DNA from: Eledone cirrhosa
Taxonomy: Eukaryota
Assembly (NCBI GenBank): GCA_964016885.1
Contig: OZ024748.1
Location: 35,774,001 to 35,838,000 of the forward strand
Reading direction: 5' to 3'
Length of the DNA stretch: 64,000 bases
In this document: positions 16,040 to 27,518 of the stretch, piece by piece
How the letters are laid out: every line of letters begins with the position of its first letter
Position numbering within the stretch: position 1 is the first letter of the stretch
The notes under the pieces: generated by a model
Databases searched by the model: none
Seen by the model: only the letters and a program-made list of their open reading frames with translations
What the model was told of the DNA's origin: nothing
Program-made: the position numbers and the translations under genes

Positions 16040-16505
16040 GTAATATAATATATATGTAATATATGCAATATAATATATATATAATATATGCATTATAATA
16101 TATATATATATATATATAATATGTAATGTGATATATGTATATATATTATACGTAATATTATATATATATATATATATAATATGTAATGTGATATATCTAT
16201 ATATATTATACGTAATATAATATATATATATATATAATATGTAATGTGATATATGTATATATATTATATGTAATATAATATATATATATAATATGTAATG
16301 TGATATATGTATATATATTATATGTAATATAATATATATATATAATATGTAATGTGATATATGTATATATATTATATGTAATATAATATATATATATATA
16401 TAATATGTAATGTGATATATGTATATATATTATATGTAATATAATATATATATATATATAATATGTAATGTGATATATGTATATATATTATATGTAATAT
16501 AATAT
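15355..16505. repeat. (TACA)n, (TA)n and AT-rich ~55 bp minisatellite
   Basis: Direct inspection; TAATATGTAATGTGATATATGTATATATATTATA unit repeated ~7x at 16115-16500. Confidence 0.9.
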
Positions 16506-16657
16506 AATGTAGTTATAGTCTAAAGTAACATTATATGATGTGATAATAATGAGAGTAAAGGAAAGCGTGGGGGAAAAGGTGTGAAATAAAGTTAAGTTGA
16601 TTCAGTGATGGCTGCTGGTTATTGACTTTGTAACTTTGGTTGTAGCAGTAACAACAA

Positions 16658-16694
<37 letters not shown>

Positions 16695-17003
16695 GTTAAC
16701 AGCAGCAACAGCAGTATTTGTAAAAAAAAAGAGATAGAAAAAACGTTAAAAAAAGTACACGGAACAACAACAACAACAGTATTAATGGTAGTTTTATAAT
16801 AGTTGCATCAATGACAATATATTTATGGGAGTGCTCCAGTATGGTCAGAACTATACAGATTGAAAACAAATGAATTAAATAAGTTACACACACGCACACT
16901 CTCTTTCTATTTCTCACACACACACACTCTCTCACACATACTCACATTCATACACACGCTCACACGCTAACAAACACACACACATATATACATACATACG
17001 TAC

Positions 17004-17122
17004 ATCAATCTTCACAAAGTTAACGAAAGTCTCTCTCTCTCTGTTGACTTTGTTGTACATCTGCACCACAGCTGATATCCTATAAAAAAGGGTTTTTTCT
17101 TCCCCGGATAACACAAAAGGAC
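17004..17122 (-). CDS. Candidate internal exon of an unidentified host gene
   Basis: Unique island among repeats; acceptor ttgtatttcag, donor gtacgt; open frame (x)PFVLSGEEKTLFYRISAVVQMYNKVNRERETFVNFVKID. No homology recognised. Confidence 0.35.
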
Positions 17123-17374
17123 CTGAAATACAACAACTGTAACGGCAACAGCAATAGCAACAACAACAGTCACAACTATAACAACAACAACCACAACTAT
17201 AACAACAACAACAACAACTATAACAACAACAACCACAATTATAATAACAACAGCAACAACAACGTCAGTACTAATATTAATAACGGTATAAAGTTGAAGG
17301 TGTAAAAATAAAGATGTAAATATTTACATCTTTAGATTACATGAAAAGATTGGTCGATAAAAGATGCAACGATA

Positions 17375-17838
17375 TAAAATAATATATAAATATATTTAAA
17401 ATAATATATAAATATATATAAAATGATATATAAATATATATAAAATGATATATAAATATATTTAAAATGATATATAAATATATTTAAAATGATATATAAA
17501 TATATATAAAATATTATATAAATATATATAAAATGATATATAAATATATATAAAATAATATATAAATATATATAAAATATTATATAAATATATATAAAAT
17601 GATATATAAATATATATAAAATGATATATAAATATATATAAAATGATATATAAGTATATATAAAATATTATATAAATATATATAAAATGATATATAAATA
17701 TATATAAAATAATATATAAATATATATAAAATATTATATAAATATATATAAAATATTATATAAATATATATGAAATATATGAATATATATAAAATGATAT
17801 ATAAATATATATAAAATATTATATAAATATATATAAAT
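17375..17838. repeat. AT-rich ~20 bp minisatellite
   Basis: ATATAAATATATATAAAAT(G/A) units. Confidence 0.9.
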
Positions 17839-19041
17839 ACCATGTCAAAAGAATATTTCATGTAAAATGGAAAGTATGATATAAAACGAATATTATTATA
17901 TTTGAGATGATAATATAAGCATATATATATATATATATATATATGTGTGGAACAGAAGGATAAAACTTAAACTTAAATATGAAGTAACGAGGATATCATA
18001 TATACCCATATACATAATATATATATACACATATGATTAATATATATAAATATATATATATACATATATATATATACACATATAAATAATATATACAAAT
18101 ATATGTGATACATATAAATCTAAATAAAAAATATATAAATATATATATATACATATATAATATGTAATATATATCATATATATGTAATATGTAACATATA
18201 TCATATATATAGTTATATGTATAATAAAATACATTTCTCCTGATATACTACAGAGAGGAAGATAAGGAATAAGAGATATCAATAAAATTTTAGATGTTTT
18301 TTAAATCTTAAAACAACAACAACAACAACAACAAACAGATGAAAATAATTTGTCAATGAATAAACAGGAACCTGAAGATATTTCAAGGAATTAAAGAACG
18401 AGAATAAATAAAGCCACTTCCTAACAAAAGTCAAAATAATAATTTAAAAAAATTATTTCAAAATATAAACAGAGCGAAAAAAAAAAAAAAAAAGGAATTA
18501 CCATTTCCCATCGTTGCCATAAATTATTAAAGAAAAGAAGTAAACTAACAAAAAATATTATCAATAAAAAACAAACAAAACAAAAATAACGGCCAAAAGA
18601 AACGTGGAATTGGAACTCTTCCTATAAGGAAGTTAGAAAAGGACCCTATTTAGGTCTTAAACTGGCAGTTTAGGTTCAATTTTTGTACAGGAAAGACCAC
18701 CATGTTGGACTTTAGATGAAATTAACCAAAACTTGGCATTAATTTAATTTTGGAAAACTGTTTCAACCTATTTTCATCAGGACGGAATTTTAACTGAATC
18801 TCACTGTTGGACTAAATATACCTGGCTTGGATAGACAGGTGTTTGAGTAGAACGGTGTGCTTGTCTTCAATCTATATCTACCTACTTATCTATCTATCTA
18901 TCTATCTATCTACCCACCTATATATAGATCTATCGGTAAAGTCAAAATGCCACTTACAAAGAAATTACCTATGGAAAGTTCGGGCAAATTAACGGCCACA
19001 GCGCACATCAGTGGTAAGTCTTTAAAGCTTTATTATATAGA

Positions 19042-19183
19042 TATAATTGTTTCTACGTTTGGCACAAGGCCAGCAATTACCCAGTGCATTACTGGTACTT
19101 TATTTTATAGGGATGGATAAAATAAAGTACCAGTAATGCACTGGGTAATTGCTGGCCTTGTGCCAGAAGTAGAAACAATGATA
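19042..19183. mobile_element. Fold-back of two SINE 3' ends
   Basis: SINE tail (GATAAAATAAAGTACCAGTAATGCACTGGGTAATTGCTGGCCTTGTGCC..GTAGAAACAAT) as ~66 bp inverted arms around an AGGGATGG spacer. Confidence 0.85.
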
Positions 19184-19529
19184 TCTAAATTGTGTTGTTA
19201 TTGCTGGTTGTATTGAGCAGAGGGCCTCCGTAAAGGAAGTGTGTATCAGCTCTTCTTTCTAAGTTATTGAGTACCCTCTGGATCTCTCATATAGAGCGGC
19301 TCCTTTCTAATTAAGGACTTTCACCTCATTCCATTGACGTATCGTATGTAGTATAGTAGTGTGTGTGATAGTATGGTAGTGTGGTAGTGTGGTGGTGTTG
19401 TAGTGTGGTAATGTGGTAGTGTGGTGGTGTGGTAGTGTGGTGCTGTGGTAGTGTGGTGTTGTGGTGGTGAGGTGGTGTGGTAGTGTGGTAGTGTGGTAAT
19501 GTGGTAGTGTGGTTGTGTGGTAGTGTAAC

Positions 19530-20455
19530 ATGTTGTACCCCCTCCTCCGACCAGTCTGTTGTACCCCCAACTGACCAGTCTGCTGTACCCTCTCCCCCCA
19601 CTGACCAGTCTGCACTGACCAGTCTGTTGTAGCCCCCCACTGACCAGCCTGTTGTACCCCCTCCCCCCAATGATCAGTCTGTTGCAGCCCCCCCCCCTCC
19701 ACTGACCAGTCTGTTGTAGCCCCCCACTGACCAGCTTGTTGTACCCCCTCCTCCCACTGACCAGTCTGTTGCAGCCCTCCTCACTGACCAGTCTGTTGAA
19801 GCCCCCCACTGACCAGCCTGTTGTACCCCCTCCCCCACTGACCAGTCTGTTGCAGCCCCCCTCACTGACCAGTCTGTTGAAGCCCCCCACTGACCAGCCT
19901 GTTGTACCCCCTCCCCCCAATGATCAGTCTGTTGCAGCCCCCCCCCCCTCCACTGACCAGTCTGTTGTAGCCCCCCCACTGACCAGCTTGTTGTACCCCC
20001 TCCTCCCACTGACCAGTCTGTTGCAGCCCCCCTCACTGACCAGTCTGTTGAAGCCCCCCACTGACCAGCCTGTTGTACCCCCTCCTCCCACTGACCAGTC
20101 TGTTGCAGCCCCCCTCACTGACCAGTCTGTTGAAGCCCCCCACTGACCAGCCTGTTGTACCCCCTCCCCCACTGACCAGTCTGTTGCAGCCCCCTCCACT
20201 GACCAGTCTGTTGTAGCCCCCCCACTGACCAGCCTGTTGTAACCCCTCCCCCCACTGACCAGTCTGTTGCAGCCTCCCCTCACTGACCAGTCTGTTGTAG
20301 CCCCCACTGACCAGCCTGTTATCTACTGACCATCCTCTGTACACCCCCCCCGCTAACCAGTCTGTTGTACCCCATCTACTGACCATCTGCTGTACACCTC
20401 CCACTGACCAGTCTGTTGTACCCCCCCCCCCCCACTGACCAGTCTGTTGTAGCCC
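19530..20455. repeat. ~22-25 bp minisatellite
   Basis: CACTGACCAG(T/C)CTGTTG(T/C)A(G)CCCC units. Confidence 0.95.
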
Positions 20456-20523
20456 CAGGTCAGCTGTGAATGACCAATATATCTTTATTTCAGCTTCTAT
20501 CAATCTACCTTCTTTATCTTAAA

Positions 20524-21566
20524 GGTTGTTGTTGTTACTACTGTTGTTGCTGTTGTTACTACTGTTGTTGTTACTACTGTTGTTGTTGTTCCTACTGCTG
20601 TTGTTGTTGTTGTTGTTGTTGTTCCTACTGCTGTTGTTGTTGTTGTTGTTATTACTGCAGTTGTTGTTGTTACTACTGTTGTTGTTGTTGTTGTTCCTAC
20701 TGCTGTTGTTGTTACTACTGTTGTTGTTGTTCCTACTGCTGTTGTTGTTACTACTACTGTTGTTGTTGTTGTTACTACTGTTGTTGTTGTTGGTGTTCCT
20801 ACTGCTGTTATGGTTGTTACTACTGCTGTTGTTGTTACTACTACTGTTGTTGTTGTTCCTACTGCTGTTGTTGTTCCTACTGCTGTTGTTGTTACTACTG
20901 TTGTTGTTGTTACTACTACTGTTGTTGTTGTTACTACTGCTGTTGTTGTTACTACTACTGTTGTTGTTGTTCCTACTGCTGTTGTTGTTACTACTGTTGT
21001 TGTTGTTCCTACTGCTGTTGTTATTACTACTGTTGTTGTTGTTACTACTGTTGTTGTTGTTGTTGTTCCTACTGCTGTTGTTGTTGTTGTTGTTGTTACT
21101 ATTGCTGTTATTGTTACTACTGTTGTTGTTGTTGTTGTTCCTACTACTGTTGTTGTTGTTGTTACTACTGTTGTTGTTGTTGTTGTTCCTACTGCTGTTG
21201 TTGTTGTTGTTGTTACTATTGCTGTTTTTGTTACTACTGTTGTTGTTGTTGTTGTTCCTACTACTGTTGTTGTTGTTGTTGTTATTACTACTGTTGTTGT
21301 TGTTACTGCTGTTGTTGTTGTTGTTGTTGTTGTTCCTACTACTGTTGTTGTTGTTATTACTACTGTTGTTGTTGTTGTTACTGTTGCTGTTGTTGTTGTT
21401 ACTGTTGTTGTTGTTGTTGTTTCTACTGCTGCTGTTGTTGTTGTTACTGCTGTTGTTGTTGTTACTACTGTTGTTGTTGTTGTTACTACTGTTGTTTTTG
21501 TTACTACTGTTGTTGTTGTTACTACTGTTGTTACTGTTGTTGTTGTTGATACTATTGTTTTTGTTA
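20524..21566. repeat. (GTT)n/(ACT)n compound microsatellite
   Basis: Direct inspection; poly-L/V/C ORFs are artefacts. Confidence 0.95.
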
Positions 21567-21567
21567 C

Positions 21568-22487
21568 CTGGAACATCTTTGACCAGGGATCACCTGTGGC
21601 TAATGAGTGGAAGGTGGTGGTCATGTCTGGAACATCTTTGATCAGGGATTACCTGTTGCTAATGAGTGGAAGGTGGTGGTCATGTCTGGAACATCTTTGA
21701 TCAGGGATCACCTGTGGCTAATGAGTGGAAGGTGGTGGTCATGTCTGGAACATCTTTGATCAGGGATCACCTGTGGCTAATGAGTGGAAGGTGGTGGTCA
21801 TGTCTGGAACATCTTTGATCAGAGATCACCTGTGGCTAATGAGTGGAAGGTGGTGGTCATGTCTGGAACATCTTTGATCAGAGATCACCTGTGGCTAATG
21901 AGTGGAAGGTGGTGGTCATGTCTGGAACATCTTTGATCAGGGATCACCTGTGGCTAATGAGTGGAAGGTGGTGGTCATGTCTGGAACATCTTTGATCAGG
22001 GATCACCTGTGGCTAAAGAGTGGAAGGTGGTGGTCATGTCTGGAACATCTTTGATCAGGGATCACCTGTGGCTAATGAGTGGAAGGTGGTGGTCATGTCT
22101 GGAACATCTTTGATCAGGGATCACTTGTGGCTAATGAGTGGAAGGTGGTGGTCATGTCTGGAACATCTTTGATCAGAGATCACCTGTGGCTAATGAGTGG
22201 AAGGTGGTGGTCATGTCTGGAACATCTTTGATCAGGGATCACCTGTGGCTAATGAGTGGAAGGTGGTGGTCATGTCTGGAACATCTTTGATCAGGGATCA
22301 CCTGTGGCTAATGAGTGGAAGGTGGTGGTCATGTCTGGAACATCTTTGATCATGGATCACCTGTGGCTAATGAGTGGAAGGTGGTGGTCATGTCTGGAAC
22401 ATCTTTGATCAGGGATCACCTGTGGCTAAAGAGTGGAAGGTGGTGGTCATGTCTGGAACATCTTTGATCAGGGATTACCTGCGGCTC
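21568..22487. repeat. 59 bp tandem repeat, ~15.5 copies
   Basis: TGGAACATCTTTGATCAGGGATCACCTGTGGCTAATGAGTGGAAGGTGGTGGTCATGTC, highly homogeneous. Confidence 0.97.
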
Positions 22488-22890
22488 AACAACAACAACA
22501 ACAACAACAAGTTTTCCTGACGTCGGAAAAATAAATTACAATGGAGCTGAGTTCATGATCCGGTTTTGAGTCGTGGATAAAACTAGTTCACCCGTCACCC
22601 TTCAACAATACACAATAAAGGGAAATGTATGAACGCCACAACTTGTTTACTTATATTTATTAAGAAAACACACAATTATTCATGATTTGATATTGAAATA
22701 TAATAGTTGTCTTTAATATCTGGCTTGTCAAGTGTGGATCTAATTAACCACGATTGAGCTGACCTTCACGGGTCTCTCTAGGGACCTGTCCCGGGATCCC
22801 TAGAGTGACCTGTCAATGTGTGTTAGTAGTGACTTATTAACAAACCATTCGGGTGGTCAGATCTATCAGAAGGGTTGCTTGGTAAACTAC

Positions 22891-22920
<30 letters not shown>

Positions 22921-22921
<1 letters not shown>

Positions 22922-25683
22922 GCTATACTAGCGTTAGATAGGAATAAGACTGAAAAGGAACTGGTAGATAAAGTAGAAGAAGCGATTAGGAGTGGAGAGC
23001 GTAGCTAACGTGCTAGCGACAAGAACGGCCTTGCACCAGTTCTTCGACGCAAAGCACGAAGGGTCCTTGGTCAGAAGTAAAACACCTGCTCTGGGAAACG
23101 AGGGAGCCAAAGTTGTTAGCTGGGCCCGAGTGACAGAGGCGAAAAGTGGCAACAAGTCCACGAGTCAGTCTTTGAAGAACCAAGACGGACGCGTGATACT
23201 TGAACCAAAGCAGATGTGTGCAGCTTTTCAGCGGCATTTTGCTCAACTGTTCGAGCAGGGTGGCGCGCCGGGAGGGGCTATGGATTTCGGTCCATACCTC
23301 GACGGCCTGCCGTGACTCTCGGACGGGGAGGCAAAGTTCTGCGAAAGGCCGATTTCGGCCGCTGAGATAAAGGACGCGCTGAGCCAATGCGGCAAACGCA
23401 AATCGCCAGGTCTCGACGGTCTACCCTACGAATTTTACGTAGCAATGCCGGACTTGTTCTCCGGTCTCCTCGAAGCGGTCTACTGCAACTGACAGCGGAA
23501 CGGGAGAATTTCCAGTTCTGTGACCAAGGGCGTAGTCACGCTGGTCAGGAAGGACGAGAACAAGGGGGACGACATTAATAACTTCAGGCTCATAACTCTG
23601 CTAAACACAGAGTTACAGATTTTGGCCAAGGTGCTAGCAAAGAGGTTGGCGCTTGTCGCCGAAAGCCTAGTGGGAGAAGCGCAGACATGCGCAATCCAGA
23701 CCAGGTCCATACACGCCAACCTCCACCTCATGCGATACATCGTAGAGAGGGTGGGGTGTGAACCCGGCTTCGGTGGGGCACTGATAAATTTGGATCAGTC
23801 TAAGGCATTCGATAGAGTCGTCCATCGTTACCTGGATGCGGTGCTCGCGGCGGCAGGCTTCGGACCCGTGTTCAGGGGCTGCATTGCTGCCATGCACAGC
23901 AGCAACATCTGCTCAAGGGTCAAGGTGAATGGCTACCTCTTGGAGCCGTTCCAAATCACGCGATCCATCCGACAGGGATGCCCTCTCTCCTCCCTTCTGT
24001 ACGTACTGACTCTCTAGCCACTACTGCGGAAGTTGGAGCTACTTCAGGGAATCCTGTTGGAACCGGGATTGCGAAAAGCGGCGCCGGCCTACGTCGACGA
24101 CATGACAGTAATGGTGTAGAGCACCTCGCAAATCGGGGAGGTCGGTACCTTACTGAAGGAATACGAAAGGTTCACAGGAGCGAAGTTGAACCGGGACAAG
24201 TCCGTCGGTTTGCAACTCGGATTGTGGAGAGGCAAACCGATGCCTTTCGACGGCGTTGTCGGACGCTGAACGGAGGGACCGGTGAAGCTGCTCGGGGTCT
24301 GGTTCGGACCGGACCTCCGGGTGGAGAAAAACTGGAACGAGGTGACGACCAAGGTGTTTGCGCTCGCCCAGAAGTGGGCCGAGTGCAAACTATCCTTGAA
24401 AGGTCGAGTGGAGGTGGCCAACGGTTTCATAGCGTCCGTCATCTACTACCGCTTGACCGTCGTGCCTTGTCCAAGTAAAACCTTCACCAAAATGGAGCGC
24501 GCGCTCTTCAAACTCCTTTGGAAGAAGCGGGCTCCTTTGGTTAGAAGATCCATTTGCTGTCAACACCCTTGAAACGGAGGGCTGGGGATGACGTGGCTAC
24601 AGATGCGCAAACACGCACTCAGGCTGCGGCACCTCCACGTATTCCTTACCGAACAACCGGTGTGGGCCCCGTTCGTGAGGCGAGCCTTCTCGCGACTCGT
24701 CTCGCTGACCGAGTTGCAGTCCTGGGTCAAGCAAAGACCGAGGAAAATGGGCGACTGGCACATTGAATGTGCTCAGGCGCTCACAGTCCTCTGGCAAACA
24801 GACCCGGCGATCAGTGGAGACTCCCCTCATCATTCTATAGAGGGCTAGTCCGCAGTAAGTGCGCCGACACTCTCGGAGAAACTCTAGGTGTAGAGGAAGA
24901 CGAACTGGCCAGTCTGTTCAGTAGGACCTTCCGCTCGGGACCGATGGACAACTTCCAAAAGTCCCTGGCCTGGCAGTGATACCGAGGAGCTCTACCCGTT
25001 CGAGACAAGCTCTACAGACACGGGTGGGGATCTGTTCGAGATGCGTGCGGGACGAGGAAACCGTCGCGCACGCATTCGTACACTGCCCGGGCGTTACTGA
25101 CCTGTGGAGCTACGTAGAACGACTACTGTCGCGGCTGGGACAAATCCGGTTGACCACCGAGTCCATTATTGCGATCAAACCGCCACCTTCCTTCAAAAAC
25201 GAAGGAGAAGCGGTTTTCCTCTGTCTACTGGCTATGGTGAAAGAGGCTGTATGGTGGATGAGACTGAAAGGGCTGAGGTCAGACACCTTTTTCTCCGGCG
25301 AACAACTGGTTCGCTTCTTCAAATATCATTTTAGAAGAAGAATCAGAGTGGAGAGAGAGAGGTGCTGCAGCCCAGCAAATTTTACGAAAGGTGGGTGAAT
25401 GTGGCAAGGATGGCCCGACTGGTTGGGTCTTCTTTTTATATAAGCCTGTAGGTCGAGGAAGAAGAGGAAGAGAGGAGAGGAGTACTCGCTCTTCATGCTC
25501 CTGGAGATGGGGGTTGTACACTTTTTTTCGGGGTGTGTGCAACCCATTTGTAACGCCTCCCCCCTATTGGGGATTTCGTTTGTTTTATTCATCATTTTTG
25601 TTATACATTTTTACACGCCTTGTATGTAAACTCCCCAATTGTATTTTCCCCCATCTTTTGCGCCCTTGTGGCAAATAAATAAA
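22921..25683 (+). mobile_element. 5'-truncated Tx1/L1-clade LINE (decayed ORF2)
   Basis: KSPGLDGLPYEFY, NFRLITLLNTELQILAKVLAKRL, LDQSKAFDRV, IRQGCPLS, YVDD, C-terminal CSRC..ETVAHAFVHC; AATAAA tail; stops and frameshifts. Confidence 0.92.
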
Positions 25684-25730
25684 TATATCTATCCATCCAT
25701 CCACCCCCTCTCTGTCTGTACAGCAAAAGA

Positions 25731-25768
25731 GTCTTAACGTTTCTGATGTTAGTCTTTCATCAGAAGAT
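25731..25768 (-). ncRNA. Minimal hammerhead motif (family E, weakened stem II)
   Basis: Minus: ATCTT-CTGATGA-AAGACTAACATCA-GAAA-CG-TT-AAGAC. Confidence 0.6.
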
Positions 25769-26572
25769 AGAATGAGAAATAAAAGAAGAAATAGAAAGAC
25801 AGACGAGAAAGGAACGGAAAATAATTTGGTGGGGATGGAAAGCATGAATGTGTTTAGTCAGCCATTTTGTGGGGAAGCCATTTAAATAGTAACGATATGT
25901 GTGGCGTCTTTTATAGTTTAATAAACAATGGCAAACGTAGAAAAACATTGAACTCCCCTCATAGGTTACTCACTGGAATATGGAAGATCTTGAATAAGGG
26001 TGGGGTTACATATTATGTCCTGTCTTTAATAAAGGTCGAATAATGGAAACTGGATTTGATACAATACAGCAGCAGCATGGCGGTAAACAAAACAATAAAC
26101 ATTAGACATTCGGTTAGAACAGTGAAGCGAGTAGTAGATATGTGAGAAAGGCATGAACATCAACACATCTCATCACCCCCATTGCCTATAGATGACACGT
26201 CAGTGGTTTATAGATGATAAATATAAGTTATATTTGTAGTTCTTTCGTGTTTTACTCATAACGGTTAAGGTCATGACGGAGCAAAACTTTCCATCATTAC
26301 CATCATCATCATCATAATAATAATATCTGCACCAGCAGTCAAGACCAGCACCACCACAGTCATCACAAACCCCCACCACTATCTCCACCACCACCACCAC
26401 AGTCTCCACTACCACAGTCTCCACCAACACCACCATCATTCTCCGACTCCCCTGCCCACCTTTCCCTCAGCCTCATCGATATATATCGATACCTATATTT
26501 ACAAGCGAATTATTGTGGTTTTGAGTAAATACATAAATGTTTATATAGAAAGTTGTGCACACACACACAGTG

Positions 26573-26618
<46 letters not shown>

Positions 26619-26641
26619 ATATATATATATATATATATATT

Positions 26642-26684
26642 GTCAAAGTTCTTTCGTCACACATTATGTGACCTCTTCAGTGAC
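26642..26684 (-). ncRNA. Minimal type I HHR (family A)
   Basis: Minus: GTCA-CTGAAGA-GGTCACA taatg TGTGAC-GAAA-GAAC-TT-TGAC. Confidence 0.85.
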
Positions 26685-27290
26685 TGGGGATTCTTTTCTT
26701 TGTTTTGTGCCTCTCCAGTGTTCTGTCCTACGCCATCTTGTTTTTGTGTGTTGTGTGCTTAGTTTGCGCATGTGATACATCCGCGTGTCTCTGTGTTTTA
26801 TTTGTTTATTTATTTGGTTATTTACATGTTACTGGTTGGTTGTTTGTTCTATGTGTGTGTGTTTTCATTTTGTCCTTAATTGTAAGTTGTGATGTTGCTG
26901 TTCCATTCATGTTTTCTATTTAATTTTGGTTGGAGTTCATTTATGTTTATTGCCTCTGTGATTTGTCTAAACATTGCGTCTTTTCTGTGTGTAGATTCTA
27001 TTTTTATTTCTATGTTCTCTAATTTGCCCTTATGTTCTATTTTAGCATGTTGGTGGAGTATTGATGATTCTTTTTTATCTTGAAGTTCTCGCCAATGTTC
27101 ATTTAACCGTTCTCCTATACTACGAGCTGTCTCACCTATGTACATTATATTCTTATCTTTACATTGTCCTTCAGTACATCTTATGCTATATACTACATTT
27201 ATAGTTTTACAGTTAATATGGGGGCTTAGTTTACAGATTATGCATTTCTTATCTATACAGGGAGGTCTTTGAAAAGGGTATGTATTGCTT

Positions 27291-27388
27291 ACTGAAGAGG
27301 TCACAGAATGTGTGACGAAAGAACTTTGACAAGGGTATGTAATTGCTCACTGAAGAGGTCACAGAATGTGTGACGAAAGAACTTTGAC
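27291..27388 (+). ncRNA. Tandem pair of family A HHR cores
   Basis: CTGAAGAGGTCACAGAATGTGTGACGAAAGAACTTTGAC at 27292 and 27350. Confidence 0.8.
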
Positions 27389-27518
27389 AATATATAAACA
27401 ACCGTCCGGTTATGGAACCAACCAACCAACCGGAAATTTATAAATTCCTAAATTTATAAATATAATTTATAATAAATTGAAGTGAAAGCAACTGGTGCGT
27501 GTGTTTCTTATTGGCAAC

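Noticed and set aside
20470-21700. Long poly-C/L/V/T ORFs (and the YI/CV/TH ORFs throughout)
   Set aside because: Translations of microsatellites.
21568-22487. CRISPR-like array
   Set aside because: Pure head-to-tail repeat with no unique spacers.
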